Shown here piece after piece: positions 25,501 through 38,200 of a stretch of DNA of 64,000 nucleotides. The first letter of the stretch is position 1, and every line of letters starts with the position of its first letter. The translations under genes and the position numbers were made by a program. The notes beneath the pieces are model-generated. The model was not told the origin of the DNA and made no database searches. It saw only the letters and a program-made list of their open reading frames with translations. Origin of the DNA: Lepidodermella squamata. Its lineage: Eukaryota > Animalia > Gastrotricha. The DNA lies in assembly GCA_047495785.1 (NCBI GenBank), contig JBLDXI010000045.1:310001-374000 (forward strand), read 5' to 3'.

Positions 25501-28500
25501 AAATCCGACTGTCAACATCATTAGCTTCAAACCATTTCAAACTAAGTTTCGAACGGAACTGAAAAACCTGGTTTTCGAGAAGATTTCTGAGCTCAAAAAA
25601 ATCGACGCGAACGTCTATGGTAAGGATGGCTTTCTGCTGAAAACAACGCTGGGCAATAAATGGATCAATTAATGCCAGCCTGAGAAATAATATAATTATA
25701 AAGTCTTCTATAACCCGAGGTCACCCTTATTCTCGTTACGATGTTGCTCATCCTGATGGTTCTTATAGATATGCTACTTCTGCTCCTTCTCATAATTTTT
25801 TCTGAATAGAATTTTGAATGTTTGGAATAATTGACCTCGTTATAACTTTTTGCCTTTGACAGAACGCTGCCTCTTAATGTACAAAATGAGTTCTTCAAAA
25901 AATTCAATGATTTGAATCAATGAATATGCACCATCTCCTTCAATAAATGGCAGATCTCATGTTTCCACTGCCAGTTACTGAGTCACCATACAGATCGAGT
26001 TTTGCTTATACTGACTACTGTCTTCGCGGTTTGGCTTCGAAAACGAAATCGTCAGTACTTCTGTACAGGAAAGATGTCATCATTCTCGAAGAAATTGGTC
26101 TGGTTTCCTCTGAAACTCTCGAGGTGATCGACCTTGTCATGAGAACCCTGACAGGTTTGTTAATTCCATTATAAATTCTGAATGTACCTCTTCAACCTAT
26201 TCTAGGATTGAATGCGAAAGTGGGCGGTAAATTGATAATCGCCACCGGTGACTACAGCCAGCTCAAGTTTATTGACGGCCGGTCGTTTTGGGAGTCAACG
26301 CAGCTATACTTGTGCGACGTTGCACTACTGAAGCATTTTGTTCGAGCCGCACAGGATCAACTGCTACAGCAAGCCCTAAATGTTCTGCGCCACTCAGTAT
26401 TGGATGAAGCGGATCGGCGCCTGGTCGTTGAGGCAGTCAGCGGCTGCTGCAAGTTCTATAATGACTGGTCGGACGTGCCTTTTGATGTGCAGCGTCTCGT
26501 GCCTACTCGCAGAGCCGAACAAGAAGTCATACACAATTTTCTGGCTGCATCGGAGCGCAGCTGACAGCTGATGCTCGGGACGAAGTTCAACGTCAGGGCA
26601 TATGGGTGGCTACGCTTCGCGGCGATCACAAAAACTACCTTGATCGACTAACGCTGAAGCCGCAAAAACTCACGCTTTTTGTTGGGGCAGTCGTCTGCAT
26701 GACGTACAATTTCAATGCTTCGTCACCTGCCAGTTCCTTCTCACAAGGTCAACTGCAGATGGTGCGAAAATCGTTCTTAAGCTTGTTCCGCCTGGTAGTC
26801 GCGACATTGAACAAAGCGCCGGCTGGACAACAATCACAGTTGGTCGTCATGACGAAGACAATGTCGTTTTCGGCGAAACGAAGCAGCATCTCAGGCGTGT
26901 TCAATTTGGCATTCGCCACTATATCGCGTCGACCATCCACCGCATTATGGGTTCAACTTGTGAAAACGGTGTAGCTGTCCAGATTTCTCATGCGGAAACA
27001 GATTACATCCTTTCCGGAATTTTTCCAATCGCCACTTACCCTCGCGGACATCTTGTCGCTGCAACCGCCGCCCATTCCGAGGCAACGCCAACCGCAGCCG
27101 CTAGTTCTACCTGTCGAGGTAGACACGTGTCACTGTGGCGACGAGATTTTCGGTGCGTGCTGCTGCGCTTACCATCAGGCGCACTTTCCGGAGCTGCTAT
27201 GCCACGACCACTTCATGGCCAGCCAGTGCAGCGCTCCGCAGGAGGAGAACACGCAAGGATAAATCTTTCAAACAAGTCGCTACTAATGGTGTCTTTCATC
27301 ATTAGGGCCCGGTATCGCCCCTATCCGGGGTCACAATGCCTCGCGTATTTGTCGACCACCACCGAGTAGACACACTACGGTGCTTGTCTATGAAGGGAGG
27401 GGCCCTTTCTTTAATAAAACTCAAATGCATGTATTAACGGTATTGATTGATTGATTCAATTTTACTTACACATTTTACTTACACATCTATATCCATTCTG
27501 TGTTCCAACTTTTTCGGGGTGAGGGGGATCCACATCTCCTCCAATGACCTGGAGAGGGGATCACTCATAGGGGTAGTTCGAGTTATTACGCCGTGCGCAG
27601 CACCCAGAAGAAAATAGAGAGAAAAAACAAGAAAAGGCTCCGCAACACCTCTCGTCGTCAAGTTCTGATTAAATGATTAAATGATTCAATGATGAAAAAA
27701 ATTTAATGATTCCTTCGCGATTCCTTCATCCGTTCTAGCAACCGAAACTCTTGGGCGCGTGGCCATCGGAACTTCGTTTTGGCAGCAAAATAATTATTGA
27801 ATTTGTGAGCAAAGTTTTACAAAAAATCATAAGTTTGCCAAACTTGCGATGGATTTCCCATTATTTTCGTCAAAAATATGACTTCAATTCAAATTTGTTT
27901 ATGTGGAAAAAGTACGGTTTCGTGAATTTTAAAGATAAGATAGATTACTTTATACCTGATTAGCACATAATGTCTGAGATACTTTTGATTGACTCGAATA
28001 ACAGCAGCTATAGCCAACTAAACAAAAATGTAATTTATTACAGTGATGCCTATACTTGGGTGCCTTACCGAATTGAGCACTATCGCGAGAATTATCAGCG
28101 GAATTGCGATTGACAGGTAATATCTGAAATACTTCAAGTTGACCAAGTGCAAGAACTCCTCCAGCGACTCTGATATGTAATATATCGGGCATTCCAGCGC
28201 GAATTCATTTGTCGATCGGTCGTAATGTTCAACTATTGTTATCGGAGTTGTTGAAGCGTTTACCGAAGAAGAGAAATTACTCTCGTTCGACACAAATTCT
28301 CTTTCATCGAGAGAAATAATTCCGCATTTTGCTTGAATGCCTTTAAGGTCGACAAAGGCCCAGTCTTCAGGCTTTGAATAGCCTTTGCTAGTGAACATGT
28401 GCTGAATGATAGTTTCGATGAGAGCGCCAAAATCTGAGTAGCCGCCAACATCAGAAATCTCCAGGTACTCCTCGGGAGATCGAAGGACATCTTCATGCCC

Positions 28501-28515
28501 TTTCCCAGGGTCCAT
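19549..28515 (-). CDS. Class A GPCR, melanocortin-receptor-like (MECA group), about 554 aa, 5 exons
   Basis: Exons 28515..28069, 28017..27956, 23434..22921, 20247..19966, 19908..19549, all GT-AG and phase consistent. TM1 ...LAIVLNSLAIAAV; TM2 SLSFSDIVL; TM3 LFCLSFDNVLAI; TM4 ILW; very short ECL2; TM6 CWSP; TM7 NSVIDPVIYCLR. Confidence 0.88.
21000..21170 (+). mobile_element. hAT-transposase-like fragment
   Basis: IACLLDPQFKG resembles the hAT LDPRFK motif. The fragment is short and decayed. Confidence 0.45.
21541..21950 (+). mobile_element. Helitron Rep/helicase fragment (degenerate)
   Basis: DEIKGYIDARYVSSSEACWRIL...VVRLDVHLP...STLTAWF...GRMYQVSPTAGELYYLRLLLL is the typical Helitron RepHel central region. 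It contains an internal stop. Confidence 0.85.
23826..24347 (+). mobile_element. Right end of a CMC/EnSpm-like element carrying a BEN-domain-like spliced ORF
   Basis: Exons 23826..23964 and 24072..24220 give ...IFGADALVSS...LRLLKKAL...KWVQVRDAVNQ. These are followed by clustered (c)aagatc/gatctt subterminal repeats ending at ...ctcctggg. Confidence 0.4.
24783..24980 (+). mobile_element. Ginger2/KRBA2-like integrase C-terminal fragment, related to 34193-34425
   Basis: RLGCPEGRLETKFRMEQVQLLKG is nearly identical at the DNA level to the copy in the furry intron. Confidence 0.55.
25947..27000 (+). mobile_element. PIF1-family helicase pseudogene (transposon-borne, Helitron-like)
   Basis: Motifs VIILEEIGLVS, GGKLIIATGDYSQL, LKHFVRAAQD, VCMTYN, SQGQL and ASTIHRIMGST. 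It has an intron at about 26155-26206 plus frameshifts and stops. Confidence 0.75.
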
Positions 28516-29264
28516 ATATAAAATTAATTAAAACAAAAACTCTTCTGAATAAATTGAGTGTATATGGAAGGCTTAGAGGGAAATAGAAGATAGATCAATG
28601 CCAGTGCAAAGGCTTTTGTTTCTTCCTTAAAGAAAAATAGATCCATATTTCCATAAATTATGCACACAGTGTTTAAAAAAAAACCATTGATAAAAAGGCA
28701 TCGGTCAAGTGCGATTGGCTGAGAAATAAGGGAGTTTACCCTAAGCAGGAAATAGCAGTCATTACGCGACCACTAATTTCTTCTTGCGCATGTTTTGACG
28801 TTTTGGCTTCCGCTCCTGATTAGCCCCGCTGACGATCGTGTTTTTTGCGACGAGCCTGCGTGCTGATCGATAATATACTGCCTTATTATCGTCACTTTTC
28901 CGGATAAATAATAAAACATCTTCAAATAAAAGAATGCACTATTTTTACCAAAAAATTGCAATTTTTATTTGCCATGGAAAAACGGGAGAGAGAGAAATCA
29001 TTTTTTGAAATGCGTACTTCATCCGCATCGTCGTACTATACATAGACACTAGAGAAATAATCATTGGATTATGAGACGATGAAAATAGTTAATAATAATA
29101 ATAATAGACTCGATGCAAGCGCGCGTAAAAATTCATAGTGTAATGAAACAAAAGAATGAAAGCAACTCGGCAGAGAGAGAAAGAGAAAGAACGAATTATC
29201 ATTTTCATAGAAAAATCCCGTCGATTATTAAATCGCATCACGTGCTTGTAGGTCAAAAATAGCA

Positions 29265-32200
29265 TTATTGATCACCGGGTTCCGCATGGCCGTTGTCCTG
29301 ATGGCTCGCGAAAGTGACAAATGTCGGCACGGGTGAATTCGAGCCCGATAGACTGCTTCGGGCGGAATGTTTATGAACAGGCGATGGTACGTTGATTTGT
29401 GGCGATGACGATCGCCCAGGCAACTGCGGCGATGGGGGAGGCAAAACAAAACGGCGGCGCGGTGAGGGCGACGGTGAGGCGGATGAAACCAAGCGAACCG
29501 GGTGCTGCTTCGCCTCTTGAGCCAAGTTCGCCAGGACAACCGCGCCCGCTGAGGAAGAAAACGTCGACGGCGGAACGCTTTGACGGTCTGATGGTTTTCG
29601 AGGGTGGGAGCCAGGTGGTTTCTGATCACCGGCTTGTTCGCTAGGCAGCGATGAGCGATGTCTGTTACCGATAGCGGCGGCCACCACGTCGGTTGCTGTT
29701 GAGAATGAACGGGTGACTGGTCCGGCTAGCGGGTTGCCAAGATTGATCGCACTCAAACGAGGCAAATGAGACGCTGAAAAAGGAAAATAGCATTAATTGA
29801 TAATTCGTGAATAAGTGGAAAAATTAGAGCGTCTTAAATATTGTTAAATATAGACGGGGCTGAAGTTGGGCTATAGTGAAAGCATTACCAAAATATTTAA
29901 ATCTAAACCTAAAGAACTGAGTTCAGTACCAAATCATTTAATTCATTACCAAATTAGTGAATTCTTTACTTCACCTAAAACTATTGAATTTAATACTCAT
30001 CCTAATTAATTCAATAAAAAATTTCTCGTCCTGTCTGCTCAAGGTGGAGAATTTCAGCACGGTTTTCAATTTATTCGTCAAAAGTCTTTCAACTGCCGAT
30101 AATCCTAATCTTCGCTTTATTTTCGAATTCAGCTGCTCTTTCATCTTCCCCTTCTCCCTTTTCAGCAGCCACTTGATACGTATCGCCGGATTTCCGCTTA
30201 CAGGTACCCAATAGTTTGAAACGATAAGCTCGATTCGCCTCGAACGCGGCTACCAACGCAGTGCAACCACTTACCGCCGATGAGGCTCGGCGATCACACT
30301 CAAATATTTTTTATACTCTAATCAAAGCAACTCAGTCTAAGCATGCCATCTCAAAAGCATTCGCTTCAACTTTTATCTCGTTCTCTTGCTAATTTAAAAG
30401 GCATTTTTTATATTTTCTTGTACAATTAGCTCGCCTCAATGCTCTCCGTTAGCGTCGACGACCTGTGCTGGAACCTTGAACACGGCCTGGGCCTGGACTT
30501 CGAAGATTTCGAAGTCATTTTCGATATTTTTCTAAATCGCAATGACAGCTCGGTGGAATTCAAATACCTCTGCAGGCTGCCGCGTGAATCTTCCGCTTTA
30601 ACTAGTTCAAATGGGGATTTAATTCTGCGCGACACAACCCTGCGAGTTTTTATACTCGAAATAGCGACCAGCTTCAAATGGCCTTCTTTAAACAGCTGGT
30701 ATTCCCCTGCAGTATACTTGCCGATGGGTCATCTTATCACAACTGCGACTCGGGTTAAACAAGCTTGAGGAGGAATTAAACGCCCAAAATCCGAATTGGC
30801 GGTAAATCGAAGGTTTATGCTTTGAAAACATGCGAATTTCAAGGATTATTTTACATCATTTATTCAAGGCCAAGCAAACAGGACCAACATGGTTGTTTAT
30901 GCCCCTGATCTTACCGCTGCTGTTGTAAGTGAATCCAGATTTTCATGACTTGATCCAACACTTATTCTTACCGGACAGAACAAACGTGGGCGAAAGAAAA
31001 ACGCTTCCCTTACTAGACTTTGATTCCTACTGAAGGCAGCGCGGAATCCAAATCTCTGAGCTCGTTCGAATCGTGTCATGCTATTGGAAATGCTTTTTCC
31101 GAAAGATGTTTCCTTGCCATCACAGTAGAGTATGGATGACATATGCCCAGGTGAACTCTGCCAGAACTTGTTCAGGCTGAATGGATGCATGGCTAAAGTG
31201 GAATTAGGTGAATGCTCAAGTATGAATTGTCCGAGAAAAGCTGCCTATGAAATCCAACTCTACAATCCTTTCTTGTGGCTCGAACATCGTGTGTTTTGGC
31301 GCATATTAATATTTTGTTTTACTTCGTTAATACTTCGTTTGAATTCAGATTCAAGAGTAAAGTCGACCGCAGCCGTGCACTGGCCCTAAGGATGCCGAGG
31401 AATTGTGAAAATCGTAGATGCGGGCTACCTGTCGTAAACGGTCCGTGTACACAGGCTGCCGGTGAAGCGATGCCGTGGCTTAGCTTTCTCGCTTTTCCAA
31501 TTATGCCGGTGCTTCTGGTGGTGTTGTGTGCAGTGCATGATTTGGACGAAGCAATAGCCACCCGAGAAAAAGGAGACTGGAAGAAATTTACCCCGAAAAC
31601 CGTTTGGGAGAACAACTTCGACCACCCTGTCTGGGCTCCTCTGCTGGATCTCTCATGCTGCACTCAGTAAATTCCTCTTTACATACTTATGTTACAACCC
31701 AATAATGATTTGTGCGCAAAAATCGACGTAATGCGATTCGACCTGGAGCATTGACCATAATGCGTATGGTGGAATTTGATAAGGCAAAACAAGTCGGATC
31801 GGACACTTACCATATTCACGTGCGAGGTATTGATTTTAAAGCTAGGTTTTATGGGTTTAAGATTTTTGCCTTATTGGATCAAAAATGCGCCACCTGCAAT
31901 GATGGCTTTGCACTTCAAGCCTTCAAGCTGTTAACACATTACGTTTATGAAATCCGGCCGTTGCCAATTGATAGGGAAGAAGAGCACGTTCTCCTGCGAA
32001 ATGTGAGAATTTGTTTCTTCAAGTATGCTCGGTAGCATATGTAGCGACGTATTTGCTTCCAAACATTCTGGCAAGAGTTTTTGCTGCAACAGCTTTCGGC
32101 AGCAAGTTCAGACGGTTTTTTCTGCTAGCTGCTCGGACCCGTTGGAGATGAAGTGGTTCAATAAAGTTTTGGTTTTTTCTATTTTAAAGTTTGGGAAGGG

Positions 32201-35200
32201 GTGAGATAAAGTCCCACTCCAAGACGGCCGGGAGGGGAATTCCTAGGGGTATTTAATGTCCTCTACCAAGCGGAGCTTGAAGGAACAGCGCCTAGCTGCC
32301 AAAGCAAACAAATAAATCCATAATTCCACGAGTCCCATATTGCTGGAATGCATTGCTGGAGCCCTAAATGCCAAGAGCACACCCTTAAAGCCACTTTAGT
32401 AAGGCCAGCGCTTTCAGGCATCGGTTAAATAAATGTGCGATTTCTGAGAAACAGAACGAATCTGCGTCTCCATGTATTTAGAGTAGCGCTTTCCAGTACC
32501 TATCTCAAATTCTTCAATTATTGGAGACAAGCTTGGCTTCCACATTGCCCAGGCAAATTGGAATAGTATACTCTAATTCAGGGGTAAGGATATAATAAGC
32601 ATAAAAAATGAGTACCAACCTGCAGCTGAAAGATGAGCAGATGCGACACTAGCCGAGGGTGGTGGCTTGAAAACAGCTGCATCGATTTGCATCGCCTGCA
32701 ACACGTAGAGAGTCGAGTCGACAAGCCTCAAATTCGCGTCATCCCACCCATCGACACCGTCAATGAGCCCCAACTCCATGTCATCATGCGTACTTTCCGA
32801 CACCAAAATCACCTTAGTCGTCGGCTCGGCTAAATGACGTAGGGTCGGCGACTGCGAGCAAATGCACCGCCAAGCGAAGTTGGCAGTCCGAGAACACACT
32901 GCGACTACGCCACTGCATAGGACAGTCAATCTCCTCGCGTTGTTTTGACCACGCGGTGATGATGGAGCTAAAGCATCCATGAAAGCTTCAACCGCGTCAC
33001 TGACCTCGCCTAATCCGAAAACCAACGCATCCAGATCAGGCCCAGGTAACTGGTTCAAGGAGCTTGGCAAAACAACGACGAGAGGGCAGTCTGGAGCCTG
33101 GGCAGCGGCGGAGGCTGCGAGAATTAATGTCCCGATGTGGGCGTCTTTCGCTGTGTTAGAGCTCGCTTGATTCTGCATGGCTTCGATCGCTGAACTCAGC
33201 CTTAAACATGCCTGCCGGCAAACACGCGGTAGAAGGAGTAACAACGAGGCTATTGTCGAGAAGCTGGCATCTTGCAGGTTCGAATGCGCCTCGCTATCAG
33301 CCGCCATTTGCTGTTCAGTCTCCAGTAGATCGGCCTGGCGCAGGAACGCGGCTATTGCGTCTGATTCTACGGAGATTGATAGAACCGGGGCTTGAGACTG
33401 GTGTTTCCGCCTTAATAATAGTAACTGCTCGACAGCTGCGACTTGGCGGGTTGCGTCGTCGCCCAGCGCCATTGGGTCGTTGGTTGCGTTTGTTGCTAAA
33501 CAGCTTGCTCGATCGCTGCCGACCAGGCTCGACGCGCTTGATTGCTGGCTATTTGCACTTCCGGACAAACTTCGAGTTTGATCATTTTCATCCGAATGCT
33601 GAAAAGAATACATGAAAGATTAATCGATGCATCAAGAGTGTTAGCCCTCAGAGTGTTAGGATGCGAAGAATTTGGTTTAATTCATCAATTTCCCAATCTA
33701 AACTCTAGGAATGTTACCACAGCTGGTTGTTTCTTCCTTTAATTTGGCTACAATGCTCCCCGGAAACTCTGCTCGACTTCATTGAACTATACTCACTCCT
33801 GCTAGGTTGTCGAAGTCGCCGGAAGAAGGCTATTTTCCTAGTCTTGTACGCTACCCTGCACGCTATTTCATATTTTTCTGAATGCCTAAGACTTAAATGA
33901 CAAAAACACAATGCTCGAATTTTCAATACTGGTATCGCTCCAAAAAATGTTTCAACCTGTTGCCAAAAAACTCTTTTTAATAAACAGTCCTGGAGTCCTT
34001 GGTTGCCTATAGAGCCCCTGTAATTCGCTGCCTTGGGTCCTCCTCTATAAGGAGACTGTTGGAAATGCAAGCCCACTGCATTCGAGCCTTGATCGATCTG
34101 CCCTTCGAACAGAAATGATAGACCATTGACTCCATTGGCGATAGCAATTTTTGCTTGCTCATTCCTTCAGGAAATATTTGGTGTATCGCGTATAAAAGCA
34201 GGAATTTACAGTAAAAACTTGCAGGTCGGCGATTACTGTCTACTACCCATCGCTAGGCCAGATCGATCGAACTCTAGCGCACGGAACCTTTTTGTTAAGG
34301 TAGTCGAGGTGGAGAGCAAGTAGGTTCGACTCGGCTACCCTCAAGGCCGCCTCGAAACGAAGTTCAGAATGGAACAGGTTCAACTGCTGCAAGGCGCCGC
34401 GGTTCGTTTCGAGGTTCCCGACAATCATTTACGAGAGTCCAGGATCAATGCACCCCAGCATGTACAATGGTGGTAGGAGACCTAAACCGCCATTTCTACA
34501 ACTCGTTCAAGCAACTAAACGTTTCGGTCTGAAGCAATTAGTTAAAGAACCCACTCGCGCCAGCGGTGGTATTCTTGATCAAGTATTCACAGATCGACAA
34601 ATCGAAGTCGAGAAACCGAAGGTTAGCGACTACAATCCGGTCTCCATTACCTTGAATCTGGATATACAGGTCAGATCAATGCCGCCGAGAAAAGTGTGGA
34701 TATACGAAAAGGCCAACTGGAGTCAGCTAAATCGACTGCCTTATGCTTTTTCGCACGTTAATCTTCCTGACGTGATCGAACCAGAATCCCAAATTCAGGC
34801 CAAGCACCTAGTACACCCAAATCCTATACCTGATATTTCGGAGTTAATGGCTTATAGCTTTCATTTTTAGGGTTAATCTTGAACCCATTATTGAAATAAA
34901 TTTATCGCGAACAATTATCGAACGCGCGAACAATTTGCCACAAATGCTGCCGGACCGAGAGCTGCTTCTGAGGCGCAGTCATCGCGCTTTGATTCGCGAG
35001 TCGTCTAATCGTGGCCTGTTGGTCATTGCCATTCGATGCCATAACAATCAACTGCTCGTCCGAAACTTGGCTCGGGTCGAAGTCGAATTCCAAGGTTCGA
35101 CCAGGCAGATCCCGTCTCAACCCGAGAACTGTGTCGAAATCGATCGAAGTATGCGCGAGGGATTGAGATGTAATCGAGACTGGCATATTCGATGGGGCGT

Positions 35201-38200
35201 GGAAAACTGCGGATTTCGAGACGAAAAGCCGCAGCAAACGTTGCGCATCCCGACTGAGGGGGCCAGTTGAGAATTGCCGAACTATCAATCGACACAACGA
35301 TAACCCGGCATCGAAAAGTCGTGAATCAGACGTCTGCAGCTCAGCGAATGAGACCAAATGATACGCAGCTTCGATACCAGCCCTTTGAACCCAGGATAAC
35401 GGACTTTCGAGGAGTCGTGTGAAAAGGATCAATAAATATGCGGTAGACTCTGGGCAAACGTCCATCAAATATTTGACGACACAGCGACACCATTGGCTCA
35501 TATCTTTCGTGTAAGATTGGCGGCTGTATAGGGTTAGCACTACACCGAGATTATCCCAACCGTGGACTGATAGCCCGGCTAGGGTATCGGCCGCCTCGCG
35601 GCAGGCGGCAGTTGGGTTTGTGTAGTGGTGCAGCCAGTAGGGAAGAAGACTGGCAGTATATAGGACTAGACCACCGATTTCACCCGCGCCGGGAATTTCA
35701 GCGGAAAACGACGGCCACATCGCGCATGAAGCTAGTCGACATAACAGGGCGAAACCCATTGAAGAGGCAACAGCGCTGGAACAAGCCGCTCGGTGAATGA
35801 TCCCCAACAACCCGCCACTTTGAGCCGGCCACCTTAATTGAGTTGCGACTGTTTGAATTTGCTCACCCGAGTTCAAAACAGTCGGAATTAGGATTTCGAG
35901 TAACCTCAGCGCGGCTACTAATTCGATTTCAATATCAGACTCGAGCATGCTCGATGCGATCCAAACTAACCGAGCAGCCACGTCATTATCGATATTTTGC
36001 GAATCTGCGCCTAGTTCGAGGCAAGCAGCTAGCTCAATCGCGTACTGTTGGACGTCATCGGCTGGATCAGCGGCTACCTCGGCGAGGCGACCGGCCACGT
36101 CGACTAGAACGCGGCCAGTTAACGGGGTCGCAAGAGCTCGGTAAATTCTCAACGCTCGACACGCAACTTGTCGACAGCAGAATAACGACCCAACTGGTGG
36201 CGGGTTGGTCCCGAGATGCAGGGCAGTTTGAGCCCATCGGTCCGCAACACTTCGATCCGGGAACAACCGGCCGAAGAGAGATGCGCATAGCGTGACGAAT
36301 TGCCGCAAATTTTCGAACGCGACAATTGATGGCGGTAATGCGTTGAATTGGTTAGACGCGACATTCATCCTGGTCAGGGTCTGAACCGCCGGGGATGGCA
36401 TGTCCCGCGGCCACAACGGTTGACCCGATCGTTTGCTCAACATCAATAAAATTCGCTCAGCGGCAAATTCTGGTGTTAAAGTGGGTGTTGAGCAGCGACT
36501 CGCCCCGCTTAGAACACTTGCGTCGACCACTGAAACGAGCGGAGTATTTGACGGCATGCAAAATGCGGCGGCTGGTTCGAAACACCCGACGCCCGTTGTG
36601 CTGTTTTGACCGGGTGACATGGTCATCGATCGAGCTGTGTCTAGCGTATTCGTATTTTGCGGCTGGGGTCGAGTTATGCGACTTTCCGCTGGTAATTTCG
36701 CAATGGCAGCTAGCATCAAATCCGCGACTTTTTCGTGAGGCGGACTTGATTGCCGGGCTGCGGTGAAAATCAGCCCGAGAAGTAGCCGCTTCGAGTTTTC
36801 TCTCAGCAATGCGATAGGATCGTCGACAGTCAATGTAACCAAGTTCAATAAATACGGCAAATGAGCCGTCCAATCTCCGATCAACAAGCCATCAGTAGCC
36901 AGATCAGGCAGTAGCAGCATTGCTAGAGCTGATCTGGATACTATCGATGGAGAAAGAGGCGGCTCCTCGGGCAAATGACGGTGCAACGGGGCGTGAAATC
37001 CGCCGAAAGCCGGCATAGGAAGAGGCTGGGGTTCGGCTTTTACGGTCCCGGCGGTCGCACAGGTAGTGGCTGATTTTGTTAGCCAATCATCAGAGGGAGA
37101 TGAATCTAAAAAAAATATAACGTATTGAAACATCGATTTTTTTTATTCAAATCCCTTATCAAATACTTTTAAATTGTCAAAATAAATATGGAAAATTCTC
37201 AACGTTTCAAAACTTTTTAGCAAAAAACTCTCGAAAAACGTGTTGTCCAAATTTACCCCTTGTTAAGTTATTCGCCACATATTCAAATGATTTTAAACTA
37301 GGAAAGCATCCATCGAATAAAATTCGAAATTGCAGCGTACCTGTAGCTAATGCGCTCAGGGGCGGTCGAGATGATGGTGTCGCGACTGGTCTAACCGTCT
37401 GCTCGCCATCCGCAACAGTTGAAGCCAGAACATCGGGCAGAATGTTCGGTACAGCAACATTCGCAACTTGCTGCACAGTGGGCCTGCGAGTTTCCAACAA
37501 ACGAAAATATGGCAACGTAGCAGTACGTTCAGGTTGATTTTCCATCGGCTGGTGGCATTGCAGATGGACTGAGAGGCAGTCGACAACAGCTTGAGGCCGG
37601 CCGAAAGATATCAAGCGAACGATGGTTCGAATTGTCGGAAGTAGAGGCGCGCCAGACATTGCTGACATAACCATCAGGTAGCGAACAATGGTAGCCACAT
37701 TACCAGGCCACGCTTCAGCCAAAGAGTTCCAAAGTTGAGATAACTCATCGGGAATCTGATGAAAATAATGAAACATGCTTAAACACGCGATTGAAACATC
37801 AAGTAACTAATTTACAATTGTTATATGAAAATTCGATTTTTCATTAAGGAGGAATATTATTATCAAAATTGCGAAATATGTCGGCAGCGTGTGAGAATTC
37901 TTTGGGTACAAGAAATTTAATTTCTGGACAGTAGATATCTAACCCAAAAATGTTATCCCAGACCATTCTCAAAAATTAGAATTTTGTGATTATGGAAAGA
38001 AAGCTATTGATGCACTCACCAAATCGTAAAACTTCAACGTAACATAGAGGAGATTTGTCAGAATCATTTCACTGGCTTCAGATGAGCCCCAGCCTGCAGA
38101 TGAGCTACCCTTAAGATTTCCGTTGGTACTCGACGCCAGATTCCCCTCGTCATCTTCCTCATCGGGTCCAACAAGTGACAGCTCCCGGCCATGGTTTCCC

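Noticed and set aside
27479-27661. Signal-peptide-like minus-strand ORF in the GPCR intron
   Set aside because: It has no ATG start, and its hydrophobicity comes from a pyrimidine-rich tract.
28018-28515. 165-aa ORF as a stand-alone protein
   Set aside because: It splices in phase through 28017..27956 to 23434 and supplies the N-terminus and TM1 of the GPCR.
34902-34940. furry truncated by a stop next to the LINE fragment
   Set aside because: A phase-0 donor (ATT|GTTCGC) compatible with the next exon at 33598 exists, and similarly weak donors are used elsewhere in the window.
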